The translations under genes were made by a program, and so were the position numbers. This document shows positions 18,883 to 28,237 of a stretch of DNA of 64,000 nt, in pieces (within the stretch, counting starts at the first letter, position 1; each line of letters opens with the position of its first letter). The stretch lies in NCBI GenBank assembly GCA_046301955.1, contig JBKCJE010000013.1:334-64333 (forward strand), in the 5' to 3' direction. This DNA comes from Bacteroidota bacterium. GTDB taxonomy: Bacteria > Bacteroidota > Bacteroidia > NS11-12g > UBA955. The notes under the pieces are model-generated. The model searched no databases, was not told where the DNA came from, and worked only from the letters and a program-made list of their open reading frames with translations.

Positions 18883-18890
18883 TATTTTTG
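18883..18890 (+). promoter_or_regulatory. -7 box TATTTTTG upstream of the SNF2 helicase gene
   Basis: Exact TAnnTTTG, 52 nt upstream of the ATG at 18943. Confidence 0.35.
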
Positions 18891-18942
18891 GTTGGCCCTT
18901 GATTCCATTGTAAATTGCGGGTTTATTATATAAAAATTATCA

Positions 18943-21927
18943 ATGGAGGTAATAAACACCAAGCCGTTTGAGGTAGTATTCACCTTCGTAAGACATGCTC
19001 ATTTGGGCGTGTTGGTTGAGGCGAATGCAGTGCAGTTGTTGGAGAATGGCAATCCATCATTGACATATCAACGAATTAGAGAAAAGACCGCAGATTATTT
19101 TGGATTGAATCCAGAACAAAAAAAGGTCGTTGAGATATTGGAAGGCTTCGAAAATGAAGCCATCATGAAGCGATATTACAAGGGTACGCGCAAAATCAAG
19201 CCAGCCGATTTCTTCATCAAACAGTTCGATGAAGAAATGAAAAAGCAAATTTTGGCCTTTGTGGAAGCTGAATTGCTCAAAGTCATCAAGGAAGTTAAGA
19301 ATTATCCCATGTATTGGTCCGGCAAAACGGGAGAGCCTATGGGGACGAAAATTGACTTTTTCAATGAGCCTGCCACGCCATTGTTTCATTTCCGTCGAGA
19401 TGAAACTGGGATGAACTACTTTGTGACGATCAAACACCGTGGCGAAAAAGTTCATTTCTGTGACCCAGAAAGCGAATTGCTCATCGCCCAGCCTGCGTGG
19501 TTACTTACGCCGAATCAGCTGTTGTTTTTTGGCGCCAATGTGGAAGGTAAAAAAATCAAGCCCTTCTTGCGAAAGAAGTTCATCCACATCGACCCACACC
19601 AAGAAGCAACATACATGCAGAAATTCGTAGGTCCGCTGTTGGAAAACCATGATGTTTTTGCCTTAGGATTTGACATCGTAACGGATCAATTAGAGGTGCA
19701 ACCACTGCTCAAATTGACATCCGCATGGGAAACGCCGCACCTTGTTCTGTACATGAAATACGGAAATTGGGTGTTCCCATACCATGTAAACAAGAAAGTT
19801 AATGTGCGCTTAGAGGAAACGGCCGATACTTATACCTTTCATCGAATTAAGCGATTGTATTCTGTTGAAAAACAGAAGATTGAAACTTTGAAAGAATTGG
19901 GTTTGCTACAGACAAATGGCAGTCTTTTCACCCTTGAAAATTCAGAAACGGATGCTTTGGATATTGTGGCTTGGGTTAATGAAAACCGTGGCACTTTGGA
20001 ACGAGCGGGATTTGAACTTCAACAAGAGGAAGGACCAACCCAATTTTATTTGGGTAGTATCCAATTGCTTGTTACTGTTAAAAATGGCATTGACTGGTTT
20101 GATGTGCATGCTGTGGTTAAGTTGGAGGGATTTGAAATTCCATTCATCAAATTGCGCAAGCACATCATTGAAAAACGTCGGGAATATATATTGCCCAATG
20201 GGAAAGTTGTAATCTTACCGGCAGAGTGGTTTACACAGTTTGCGCAAATTGTAAACCTTGCCGATGTTCATGATGAGGCTTATCGCGTTCGAAATATCCA
20301 TGTTTCATTGTTGGCTGACTTGGATGAATACCTCAACGAAGCACCACCAACACCAGACTGGACGGAAGCTTTGCATCGCGGAACTGTTCCTGGTGCTGAG
20401 TTACCCAAAGGATTTCATGGTGAACTAAGGAATTACCAAATGGAAGGGTTTAGTTGGATTCGATTCATGCAACAAAATCGATTTGGAGCCCTTTTGGCTG
20501 ATGATATGGGACTTGGAAAAACCATTCAAACCCTTGCACAGCTTCAATGCTTGGCTATGGAGTATCGCCAAGAAAAAGAATTGAATCAGAAAGTAGGGAT
20601 GACATCGAGCGGACAGGCCAATAGCGCGGCGGAATCAGCACCTATCGCTTCAGAAGGAAAGCCATTGCCTCCAGAACCCACACACAATGGTCCAATCCTC
20701 ATCATTGCGCCCAAATCATTGTTGTACAACTGGATGTCGGAATCCGCCAAATTCTGTCCCGAATTAAAATCGGCTTTGTATTTGGGTTTAAGCCGTCAGA
20801 AACTCATACCATCATTTGGTAAACTCGATTTGGTTGTAATGTCTTACGGTACCATGCGAAACGATGTTGAATTATTGCGCAACTACCGATTCAATTGCAT
20901 CGTATTAGACGAAAGTCAAGCCATCAAGAACCCATCATCTCAAACCTCGCGGGCTTTGTTGAAGTTGCAGTCAAGAAGTCGAGTGGCATTGACGGGTACT
21001 CCCATAGAAAACACCCTGCTCGACATTTGGAGTCAAATGAATTTCTTGAATCCAGGTTTATTGGGTAGTTACACCTACTTTGAAAAGCAATTCATCCGTC
21101 CGATAGAAAAAGGAGCCAACCCCCAGAAAACGGAGGAATTACGCAAACTGATCGATCCTTTCGTACTTCGCCGTACCAAAAAGCAAGTGATGAAGGAATT
21201 GCCACCGAAAATTGAAAAGGTGCATTTCTGCGAAATGAGTGTTGAACAGGCTGAATTGTATGAATCGGTAAAGAACCAATACAGGAACGAGATCTTAAAC
21301 CACGTTACAGAACTGGGCATTTCTAAGTCTCGCTTGAAAATCTTCAATGGTTTGATGCACTTGCGACAAATCGCCCTAAACCCCACACTCAAAGACGTGA
21401 ATTACGATGGTGGGAGCGGTAAAGATGATGAAATTATGCGCATGTTGCTTCGGGCTGTGGCGAACGGACACAAAGTGTTGTTCTTCTCCCAATTCGTGGG
21501 CTATTTGAAGGTGTTTGAAGATATTTTTGAGCAACAAGGTGTTGAATATTGCTATTTGGATGGATCGATGGACGAGAAGGAGAGACAGGTCCAAATTGAT
21601 TTATTCCAAAACGACGATAAAAAGCGTGTTTTCTTGCTGAGTTTGAGAGCTGGAAACAGTGGGTTGAATTTGACCGCGGCGGATTACGTGTTCTTGGCCG
21701 ATCCATGGTGGAATCCATTTACCATGAAGCAAGCTGAAGATAGGGCCCACAGAATTGGTCAAGACAAGCCGGTGTTCTCTTATAAGTTCATCACGAAAGA
21801 CACCATCGAAGAAAAGATTTTGGCCTTGCAAGCGAAAAAAGCCGCTTTGGCTGAAAGCGTAATTCCAGACGAGGACTCTATTTTATCGAGTTTGAACCTG
21901 GAAGAACTAGAAGACCTCCTGAATTAA
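18943..21927 (+). CDS. SNF2-family DNA-dependent ATPase/helicase with a large uncharacterised N-terminal domain
   Basis: Motif I (LADDMGLGKT), motif II (LDESQAIKN) and helicase-C (FLLSLRAGNSGLNLTAADYVFLADPWWNP, EDRAHRIGQ) are present. About 480 aa of N-terminal region precede them, and a low-complexity insert follows motif I. Confidence 0.85.
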   Translation: MEVINTKPFEVVFTFVRHAHLGVLVEANAVQLLENGNPSLTYQRIREKTADYFGLNPEQKKVVEILEGFENEAIMKRYYKGTRKIKPADFFIKQFDEEMKKQILAFVEAELLKVIKEVKNYPMYWSGKTGEPMGTKIDFFNEPATPLFHFRRDETGMNYFVTIKHRGEKVHFCDPESELLIAQPAWLLTPNQLLFFGANVEGKKIKPFLRKKFIHIDPHQEATYMQKFVGPLLENHDVFALGFDIVTDQLEVQPLLKLTSAWETPHLVLYMKYGNWVFPYHVNKKVNVRLEETADTYTFHRIKRLYSVEKQKIETLKELGLLQTNGSLFTLENSETDALDIVAWVNENRGTLERAGFELQQEEGPTQFYLGSIQLLVTVKNGIDWFDVHAVVKLEGFEIPFIKLRKHIIEKRREYILPNGKVVILPAEWFTQFAQIVNLADVHDEAYRVRNIHVSLLADLDEYLNEAPPTPDWTEALHRGTVPGAELPKGFHGELRNYQMEGFSWIRFMQQNRFGALLADDMGLGKTIQTLAQLQCLAMEYRQEKELNQKVGMTSSGQANSAAESAPIASEGKPLPPEPTHNGPILIIAPKSLLYNWMSESAKFCPELKSALYLGLSRQKLIPSFGKLDLVVMSYGTMRNDVELLRNYRFNCIVLDESQAIKNPSSQTSRALLKLQSRSRVALTGTPIENTLLDIWSQMNFLNPGLLGSYTYFEKQFIRPIEKGANPQKTEELRKLIDPFVLRRTKKQVMKELPPKIEKVHFCEMSVEQAELYESVKNQYRNEILNHVTELGISKSRLKIFNGLMHLRQIALNPTLKDVNYDGGSGKDDEIMRMLLRAVANGHKVLFFSQFVGYLKVFEDIFEQQGVEYCYLDGSMDEKERQVQIDLFQNDDKKRVFLLSLRAGNSGLNLTAADYVFLADPWWNPFTMKQAEDRAHRIGQDKPVFSYKFITKDTIEEKILALQAKKAALAESVIPDEDSILSSLNLEELEDLLN

Positions 21928-21935
21928 TCGCCCAA

Positions 21936-22631
21936 ATGGAAAGCCCCAATTCACCGACGCAATTGTTGAATTCGGATTGGCTGATCCATCTTTCACCCTA
22001 TTTTGATGGTCCTGATTACCAGCGGGTGATGGACCAAATTCGTGCCCACGAAATGGCCAATATTCGTGTGTTCCCCCTCGTTGCGGAGCGATATCGTGCC
22101 TTTGAGTTGACTCCCCTAGGAAAGGTTAAATGTGTGATTGTCGGCCAGGATCCATACCACGGTGAGGGTCAAGCCAACGGACTTGCATTTTCTGTTAACA
22201 AGGGCATGAAATTACCACCATCGCTGAACAACATTTTCAAAGAGCTTCAGTCTGATTACCCGAATCAAATGCCTGCTGCTATCGGTGAACAAGGCGATTT
22301 AAGCGTATGGGCCAAGCAAGGAGTTTTGTTACTCAATGCTGCGCTAACTGTATGTGAATCGGCACCTTTGTCGCACCAGAATTGTGGATGGGATCCCTTG
22401 ATCCAACAAGTTATTGCCACAATCAATTCTCAGTGTTCAGGGGTGGTTTTTTTACTATGGGGTAAATCGGCCCAACGATACAAGTCATTTGTGGATTCCA
22501 AGATACATGCTGTGATTGAAGGTGTTCACCCAAGTCCACTATCGGCTCATCGCGGATTTTTCGGATCAAAACCCTTTTCAACAGTCAATGAGTTGCTCAA
22601 CAATCAGGGAAAATCGCCTATTGACTGGTGA
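21936..22631 (+). CDS. ung: Uracil-DNA glycosylase (family 1)
   Basis: VIVGQDPYHGEGQANGLAFSV and HPSPLSA motifs. Confidence 0.92.
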   Translation: MESPNSPTQLLNSDWLIHLSPYFDGPDYQRVMDQIRAHEMANIRVFPLVAERYRAFELTPLGKVKCVIVGQDPYHGEGQANGLAFSVNKGMKLPPSLNNIFKELQSDYPNQMPAAIGEQGDLSVWAKQGVLLLNAALTVCESAPLSHQNCGWDPLIQQVIATINSQCSGVVFLLWGKSAQRYKSFVDSKIHAVIEGVHPSPLSAHRGFFGSKPFSTVNELLNNQGKSPIDW

Positions 22632-22702
22632 GTGGGAAGTCCAATAAATCAAACAATCCAAAACTGTGTAAAACTGATTCGCACAAAAAAGTATCGCCTT
22701 GA

Positions 22703-22710
22703 TAACTTTG
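22703..22710 (+). promoter_or_regulatory. -7 box TAACTTTG 4 nt upstream of the ftsE GTG
   Basis: Exact TAnnTTTG with leaderless spacing. Confidence 0.45.
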
Positions 22711-22714
22711 GAGT

Positions 22715-23410
22715 GTGGAAAATCCCATCAGTATTACCAAGGCTATCATTCATCAGGGCACTACGGCTGTGCTACAGGACGTGAATCTTCAAGTGTCTGA
22801 AGGTGAATTTGTGTACTTGATCGGTCGCACCGGGTCTGGCAAATCCTCTTTGTTAAAAACATTGTATGGCGAGTTGCCCTTGCAAGAGGGCGAAGCCAAT
22901 ATTGCGGGTTATAATTTGAAAGGACTGTTGAAGAAAGATGTCCCTTTCTTGCGTCGTAAATTGGGAATTGTTTTTCAGGATTTTCAATTACTAACCGACC
23001 GCAATGTCTTAGAGAATTTGATGTTTGTTCTTAGGGCTACGGGGTGGACGAACAAGCACGAAATGTTGGATCGATGCAAAGCTGTTTTGGAAAAGGTAGG
23101 TTTACAAACCAAAGATTACAAAATACCCGCTGAATTGAGTGGTGGAGAGCAACAGCGGTTAGTTATTGCTCGCGCATTGCTGAATGAACCCAAAGTAATG
23201 CTTGCCGACGAACCAACGGGTAACTTAGATCCAGAGGTGAGTGACGAAATCATGGCTCTTTTGAAATCCATCGCCAGAGAAGGGACAGCAATATTGATGG
23301 CTACACACGATTATCGATTGATTCAGAAATTTGGTGGTAGTATTTACAAGTTAGAAAATCGCAGTTTGCGTGCGATTGAAGCCTACGAATTCAATCAATC
23401 ACTTTCTTAG
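22715..23410 (+). CDS. ftsE: Cell-division ABC ATPase FtsE
   Basis: Walker A (GRTGSGKSS), signature (LSGGEQQR) and Walker B (MLADEPTGNLD). Size and sequence are FtsE-like. The start is GTG. Confidence 0.8.
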   Translation: MENPISITKAIIHQGTTAVLQDVNLQVSEGEFVYLIGRTGSGKSSLLKTLYGELPLQEGEANIAGYNLKGLLKKDVPFLRRKLGIVFQDFQLLTDRNVLENLMFVLRATGWTNKHEMLDRCKAVLEKVGLQTKDYKIPAELSGGEQQRLVIARALLNEPKVMLADEPTGNLDPEVSDEIMALLKSIAREGTAILMATHDYRLIQKFGGSIYKLENRSLRAIEAYEFNQSLS

Positions 23411-24919
23411 TCGCTCCAAGGATATTTCCCTCCTCGGTGATTCAATGTAGGTTGTTTGCCAAGGATCCCATTGTTGACTCTCTATCCAATGCAATGTAAT
23501 CGGATTTCGCATGGCAGAAGCTCTGCTATGAATTGGGCTAACGATATAAATATTGTGAGTGAGTATCTGCACCTGTGAATCCTTGGACAGGATTTTGATT
23601 TCTTGAATGTCTTTTTCCGATGAACCCAGATTGAATATGATATTCTTTGGTGGTTCATTGCCATTCATTCTGGCTTGATACTCCCAAGCATTTTCAATTG
23701 CCTTGGCATCGTTTGATATCAATACAATTTTCTGGGTGTTGTTGGAGGGTATTTTTTTGTTTAGGATCTCTGCAATACGTTCCACATCGGAATTGGATCC
23801 AAGAAACATCGGTATCAAAACAAAAACCATGTGATAAACCCATGTCCCGATGGCCACACCCATCAGTGGCTTTGTGGATTTATCGTCAAACGAAAACAAT
23901 CTTGCCTTCGCCATCAAAAGGGTAGCTACAGGTAGCAACATCGTCATGAATTCTGCATTTCCTACGCTGTAGAAGGCAAATCCCAAGTGAAGATAGAAAA
24001 CCCAAGATAGGGTACCGCTAAAAATGCGAATTGTGGTGGTTTGTTTTTTTCGATTTGAAATGTATCGCCAAACAAAGGCCAAGGACGAGATTGCCAACAG
24101 CAACAATCCAACCAAACCAATGATCGAAAGCAAAGGCCAAGCGACGATGAGGAATAAAATAAAACCATGGATTTGGAATATGGTGCGAAAGAGGTTGACG
24201 ACTGTAAATAAAAAGTTATATAGACCTATTCGGGTCTCAACGAGCCCTTGGTTGACATCATGTAAGATAAAGTTAAAGATGCTTTCATTGCTTGCGTAAG
24301 CAGCCAACATATATGCAAATAGGATGAGGCCGCCCGACAAAATTGGGGCTACCCATTTCCCTTTCTTCATGGCCGCTAATGCGTAGGCTATGAACCAGAA
24401 AATATATGATTGATGAAACAATACGGCGAAGGCGAGCGACACCCAGCCGGCTGAAGCAACTCTTTGTAGATTGTTTTCAATGAGATAACTCCCAAAAATG
24501 GCCAAAAACAGTGGCGCAATATAGGTTTCGTTATCGATGGCAAATCGTAAAATGCCGAACGAACCCAGTAGCAACCAAATAAGCCATTGTGCATTGGATT
24601 GGGTCGTATTTAATTTCAGCAGCCATGTGCGTAAAACCTCTAAGGTGAGTACACACAAACCGAGATTTAAAACAGTAAAACCAGCAATGGGATCGATATG
24701 AAGGAACTTGATTAAAGGTAGCCACAGGGAACACCATGGCATGTAAAGCAAGTGGTGCGGTGATAACATAGATTTGAAGTCGCCCTCAAATTCCAAAGTG
24801 TCTGCGGCATAACCCCAACCATCGCCTGAATGAGTGATTGGAAATAGCAAAATACTCACCATCAAAATGGCGATAAATGCAAAATAAAATCCGCGGTTTG
24901 CATTTATTGAAATTCGCAT
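23399..24919 (-). CDS. Polytopic membrane protein with a C-terminal soluble domain (GT-C-like glycosyltransferase candidate)
   Basis: At least 10 hydrophobic helices followed by a ~130 aa hydrophilic tail. The ATG at 24919 (MRISINANRGFYF) is supported by a -7 box 5 nt upstream. The longer ORF to 25120 overlaps the cca gene. Confidence 0.5.
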   Translation of the reverse strand: MRISINANRGFYFAFIAILMVSILLFPITHSGDGWGYAADTLEFEGDFKSMLSPHHLLYMPWCSLWLPLIKFLHIDPIAGFTVLNLGLCVLTLEVLRTWLLKLNTTQSNAQWLIWLLLGSFGILRFAIDNETYIAPLFLAIFGSYLIENNLQRVASAGWVSLAFAVLFHQSYIFWFIAYALAAMKKGKWVAPILSGGLILFAYMLAAYASNESIFNFILHDVNQGLVETRIGLYNFLFTVVNLFRTIFQIHGFILFLIVAWPLLSIIGLVGLLLLAISSLAFVWRYISNRKKQTTTIRIFSGTLSWVFYLHLGFAFYSVGNAEFMTMLLPVATLLMAKARLFSFDDKSTKPLMGVAIGTWVYHMVFVLIPMFLGSNSDVERIAEILNKKIPSNNTQKIVLISNDAKAIENAWEYQARMNGNEPPKNIIFNLGSSEKDIQEIKILSKDSQVQILTHNIYIVSPIHSRASAMRNPITLHWIESQQWDPWQTTYIESPRREISLERLRK

Positions 24920-24924
24920 CGCAA

Positions 24925-24932
24925 CAAATATA
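24925..24932 (-). promoter_or_regulatory. -7 box (TATATTTG on the minus strand) for the membrane protein gene
   Basis: Exact TAnnTTTG, 5 nt upstream of the ATG at 24919. Confidence 0.45.
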
Positions 24933-24940
24933 GGGTGTGC

Positions 24941-24948
24941 TATCTTTG
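24941..24948 (+). promoter_or_regulatory. -7 box TATCTTTG for the CCA-adding enzyme gene
   Basis: Exact TAnnTTTG, 4 nt upstream of the in-frame GTG at 24953. Confidence 0.45.
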
Positions 24949-24952
24949 TGCC

Positions 24953-26359
24953 GTGCAATCTCCCCTTGATAATCCCATTTTTGAACTCATTGGCAAAACA
25001 GCCGATGAAATGAAGCTCAAAGCGTGGGTGGTAGGTGGTTTTGTAAGAGATTCCATTCTCAAGCATGAAAATAAGGACATCGACATTGTGGTTGTTGGTA
25101 ATGGTGTCGATTTTGCCCAAGCTGTCGCTAAGAACTTTAACAACGACTGCACGTTAAGTGTATTTCGGAATTTTGGAACTGCACAAATCAAATTCGATGA
25201 TTGGATTATTGAATTTATCGGTGCAAGAAAAGAAAGTTATCGTCGTGATTCTCGGAAGCCCATGGTTGAAAATGGCACATTGGAAGATGATCAAAATAGG
25301 AGAGACTTTACCATTAACGCCATGTATCTATCGCTAAATAGCGATCATTTTGGAGAGTTATATGATCCCTTTAACGGGGTTCAAGATTTACAGAACGGGG
25401 TGATTAAAACTTGCAATAACCCTGACGTTACCTTCGATGATGATCCACTCCGCATGTTGCGTGGAATTCGTTTCGCTTCAAGGTTAAACTTTCGAATTGA
25501 ATTAAAAACATTTGAAGCCATTAAACGGAATGTCAATCGGATTGAAATTGTATCTCAAGAGCGTATTACCGATGAAGTAAATGCCATGATCATGGCAGAA
25601 AAACCTAGTCGCGCCTTTGATATGATGTCGAAAACGGGTTTGCTTACATTGATCTTCCCTGAATTGATGGCACTACATGGGGTTGAAACCAGAAATGGCA
25701 AATCTCACAAAGACAATTTTTATCACACCTTACAGGTACTTGACAACATATGTGAACTAACAGATAACCTATGGTTGAGATGGGCCGCTATTTTACATGA
25801 TATCGCCAAACCAGCAACCAAGCGGTTTGATAACAAAGTTGGGTGGACATTTCACGGACACGAAGACAAAGGCTCACGGATGGTTAAAAGCATTTTCAAA
25901 CGAATGCGATTGCCATTGGATGAAAAAATGCGCTATGTGAGTAAGCTGGTATTGCTCCACTTGCGTCCTATTGTACTTTCAAAAGAAACCGTTACAGATA
26001 GTGCGGTGCGACGTTTAATTGTGGATGCCGGTGAACATGTGACAGATTTGGTGACATTATGCAGGGCCGATATAACGAGTAAAAACGAAGCCAAAGTAGA
26101 GAAACACCTTAGAAACTTGGTTTTGGTTCAAGATAAAATCAATGAAGTGCTAGCAAAAGACGAACTGCGGAACTGGCAGCCTGTTTTAACCGGTAATCAC
26201 ATCAAGAATCACTTTGAAATCAAGGATCCCCAGGACATTGGGAAAATCAAAGAGGCGGTGAGAGAGTTGATTTTAGACGGACACATACCCAATGAATTGG
26301 ACATTGCCTTAGAAAAAGCCCACGAGATTGCTCAATCTATGAACATATCGCCTCGCTAA
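24953..26359 (+). CDS. CCA tRNA nucleotidyltransferase / poly(A) polymerase family with HD domain
   Basis: VVGGFVRD...DIDIVV nucleotidyltransferase head, RDFTINA, and an HD region (ILHDIAKP...FHGHEDKG). The start was moved from GTG 24935 to GTG 24953 because the -7 box lies inside the longer ORF. Confidence 0.85.
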   Translation: MQSPLDNPIFELIGKTADEMKLKAWVVGGFVRDSILKHENKDIDIVVVGNGVDFAQAVAKNFNNDCTLSVFRNFGTAQIKFDDWIIEFIGARKESYRRDSRKPMVENGTLEDDQNRRDFTINAMYLSLNSDHFGELYDPFNGVQDLQNGVIKTCNNPDVTFDDDPLRMLRGIRFASRLNFRIELKTFEAIKRNVNRIEIVSQERITDEVNAMIMAEKPSRAFDMMSKTGLLTLIFPELMALHGVETRNGKSHKDNFYHTLQVLDNICELTDNLWLRWAAILHDIAKPATKRFDNKVGWTFHGHEDKGSRMVKSIFKRMRLPLDEKMRYVSKLVLLHLRPIVLSKETVTDSAVRRLIVDAGEHVTDLVTLCRADITSKNEAKVEKHLRNLVLVQDKINEVLAKDELRNWQPVLTGNHIKNHFEIKDPQDIGKIKEAVRELILDGHIPNELDIALEKAHEIAQSMNISPR

Positions 26360-26421
26360 GAAGTTGTAGTAAAATCAACCACGAATACCTCAAAATAAAT
26401 CACGAAATTTGCCCATAGTTT

Positions 26422-27693
26422 ATGTTACAGATTGCCAATATTAGAAAAAACGCCGCCGACTTGGCCTCACGACTAGCCATCAGAGGCTTGGATGGAAACG
26501 CCTTGATTGCTCAAGTGTTGGAGATGGATGAGAAAAATCGTGCCAAGAGAACTGAGATGGAAACGCTCCAATCTAAAGGCAACCAGCTCACAGCGCAGAT
26601 TGGTGAAATGTACAAATCCGGACAACGTGAAGCGGGTGATGCTTTGAAAATTACATCGGCGGAAATTAAAGATCAGTTAAAGACATTGGAAGCCGATGTT
26701 GAAGCGGGCGACCAAGCCATGACTCAGCTTTTATTAACCATCCCCAATACACCATCGGTGGAAGTTCCCAAAGGGAAAACGCCGGAAGAGAACATAGAAG
26801 TTTTGCTATGGGGTAGCAAACCCGATTTGTCGGCCCAATGTATACCACACTGGGAGCTGACTGCCAAATACGACATCATTGATTTTGAATTGGGCGTTAA
26901 ATTGACGGGTGCGGGATTTCCTGTTTACAAGGGCAAAGGGGCTATTTTCCAGCGAGCACTCATTCAATTCTTTTTGAATGAAGCAGGAAAGGCAGGCTAT
27001 ATGGAAGTACAACCGCCCCTTTTAGTAAATGCAGATAGTGGCTATGGAACAGGTCAGCTTCCTGACAAAGAAGGTCAAATGTACCACTGCGGTGTTGATG
27101 ATTTGTATTTGATTCCAACCGCAGAAGTGCCCATCACCAACTTGTATCGCGATGTGATTTTGAATGAAGCACAATTGCCCGTCAAAAATGCCGGTTACAC
27201 ACCTTGTTTCCGTCGTGAAGCAGGTAGTTATGGTGCTCATGTTCGCGGTTTGAATCGTTTGCATCAGTTCGATAAAGTAGAAATTGTACAAATTGTTAAG
27301 CCTGAGAGTTCGTATGGTGTATTGGAAGATATGTCGAACTATGTGCAGGGCTTATTGCAGAAATTGGGATTGCACTACCGCGTGCTGTTGCTTTGTGGGG
27401 GCGATATGGGCTTTACCAGTGCAAAAACCTACGACATGGAGGTTTGGTCTGCGGCCCAAGAAAAATGGTTGGAATGCAGCTCTGTTAGCAATTTTGAGAC
27501 CTTTCAGACCAATCGTTTGAAATGTCGGTATCGCAATGCGGAAGGCAAGACCGAATTGGCGCACAGCCTGAATGGTTCAGCTTTGGCATTACCGCGTATT
27601 GTAGCCGCATTGCTTGAAAACAATCAAACGCCCGATGGCATCAAAGTGCCAGATGTTTTGGTTCCATATACTGGGTTTGAGTGGATCAATTGA
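26422..27693 (+). CDS. serS: Serine--tRNA ligase
   Basis: N-terminal coiled-coil arm and class II motifs (TPCFRREAGSYG, GSALALPRIVAALLEN). Confidence 0.93.
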   Translation: MLQIANIRKNAADLASRLAIRGLDGNALIAQVLEMDEKNRAKRTEMETLQSKGNQLTAQIGEMYKSGQREAGDALKITSAEIKDQLKTLEADVEAGDQAMTQLLLTIPNTPSVEVPKGKTPEENIEVLLWGSKPDLSAQCIPHWELTAKYDIIDFELGVKLTGAGFPVYKGKGAIFQRALIQFFLNEAGKAGYMEVQPPLLVNADSGYGTGQLPDKEGQMYHCGVDDLYLIPTAEVPITNLYRDVILNEAQLPVKNAGYTPCFRREAGSYGAHVRGLNRLHQFDKVEIVQIVKPESSYGVLEDMSNYVQGLLQKLGLHYRVLLLCGGDMGFTSAKTYDMEVWSAAQEKWLECSSVSNFETFQTNRLKCRYRNAEGKTELAHSLNGSALALPRIVAALLENNQTPDGIKVPDVLVPYTGFEWIN

Positions 27694-27694
27694 T

Positions 27695-28216
27695 ATGTCG
27701 GAAGGATTAATATTGCCTGAATTTGATTGGGATGCATCCTGTTCCTTGGGTTCCCTGCTCAACGATGTGATGATAATACAGCAGTTTCCTACAGAGCTTG
27801 CCAAAGTGATTTCTGTTGTGAAAGAAGACCAATGGGAGATTGGATATAGAGAGGGTGGTTGGAATTTACGTCAAATCGTGCACCACCTGGCCGATGCGCA
27901 TTTGAATGCCTACGTAAGAACGAAGCACATTCTTATCCAAGATCAAGACATGATACAACCTTGGGATGAAAACAAATGGAATGAAACGCCAGATGCACAA
28001 TTTCATCAGGAAGCTAGTTACCTGATTTTGTTGGGTTTACATCAGAAGTGGTCATTGTTGTTGTTGGAATCCTTGAAAGATCCAGCGACCCATTTGGCCA
28101 AAACGTTACTACATCCAGAATCTGGTAGAATGGTCAGTCTCAGTGATATTATTCGATTGTATGCTTGGCATGGTGAGCACCATTTGGCGCAAATGCGTTA
28201 TGCTTTGTCGCTCTAA
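27695..28216 (+). CDS. DinB/YfiT-like metal-dependent hydrolase or thiol transferase
   Basis: His triad context (VHHLADAHLNAY ... WHGEHHLAQM). The ATG lies 1 nt after the serS stop. Confidence 0.7.
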   Translation: MSEGLILPEFDWDASCSLGSLLNDVMIIQQFPTELAKVISVVKEDQWEIGYREGGWNLRQIVHHLADAHLNAYVRTKHILIQDQDMIQPWDENKWNETPDAQFHQEASYLILLGLHQKWSLLLLESLKDPATHLAKTLLHPESGRMVSLSDIIRLYAWHGEHHLAQMRYALSL

Positions 28217-28237
28217 CGACCAAAAAATACAATTCAA

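Noticed and set aside
18943-21927. SNF2 helicase as part of a phage-defence system (DISARM, BREX or Zorya-like)
   Set aside because: No methyltransferase, nuclease, PLD, DUF1998 or other defence partner is adjacent. The neighbours are ung, a GAF/MFS pair and ftsE, so a housekeeping remodeller is more likely.
24920-25120. 67-codon N-terminal extension of the polytopic membrane protein ORF
   Set aside because: It overlaps the well-supported cca coding region on the opposite strand. The ATG at 24919 is preceded by an exact -7 box.
26404-26411. Near-consensus boxes GAAATTTG before serS (10 nt from the ATG) and GAACTTTG at 42526-42533 before the BNR/T9SS gene (7 nt from the ATG)
   Set aside because: The first base departs from TAnnTTTG. 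They may be functional variants, but I did not call them as promoters without TSS data.
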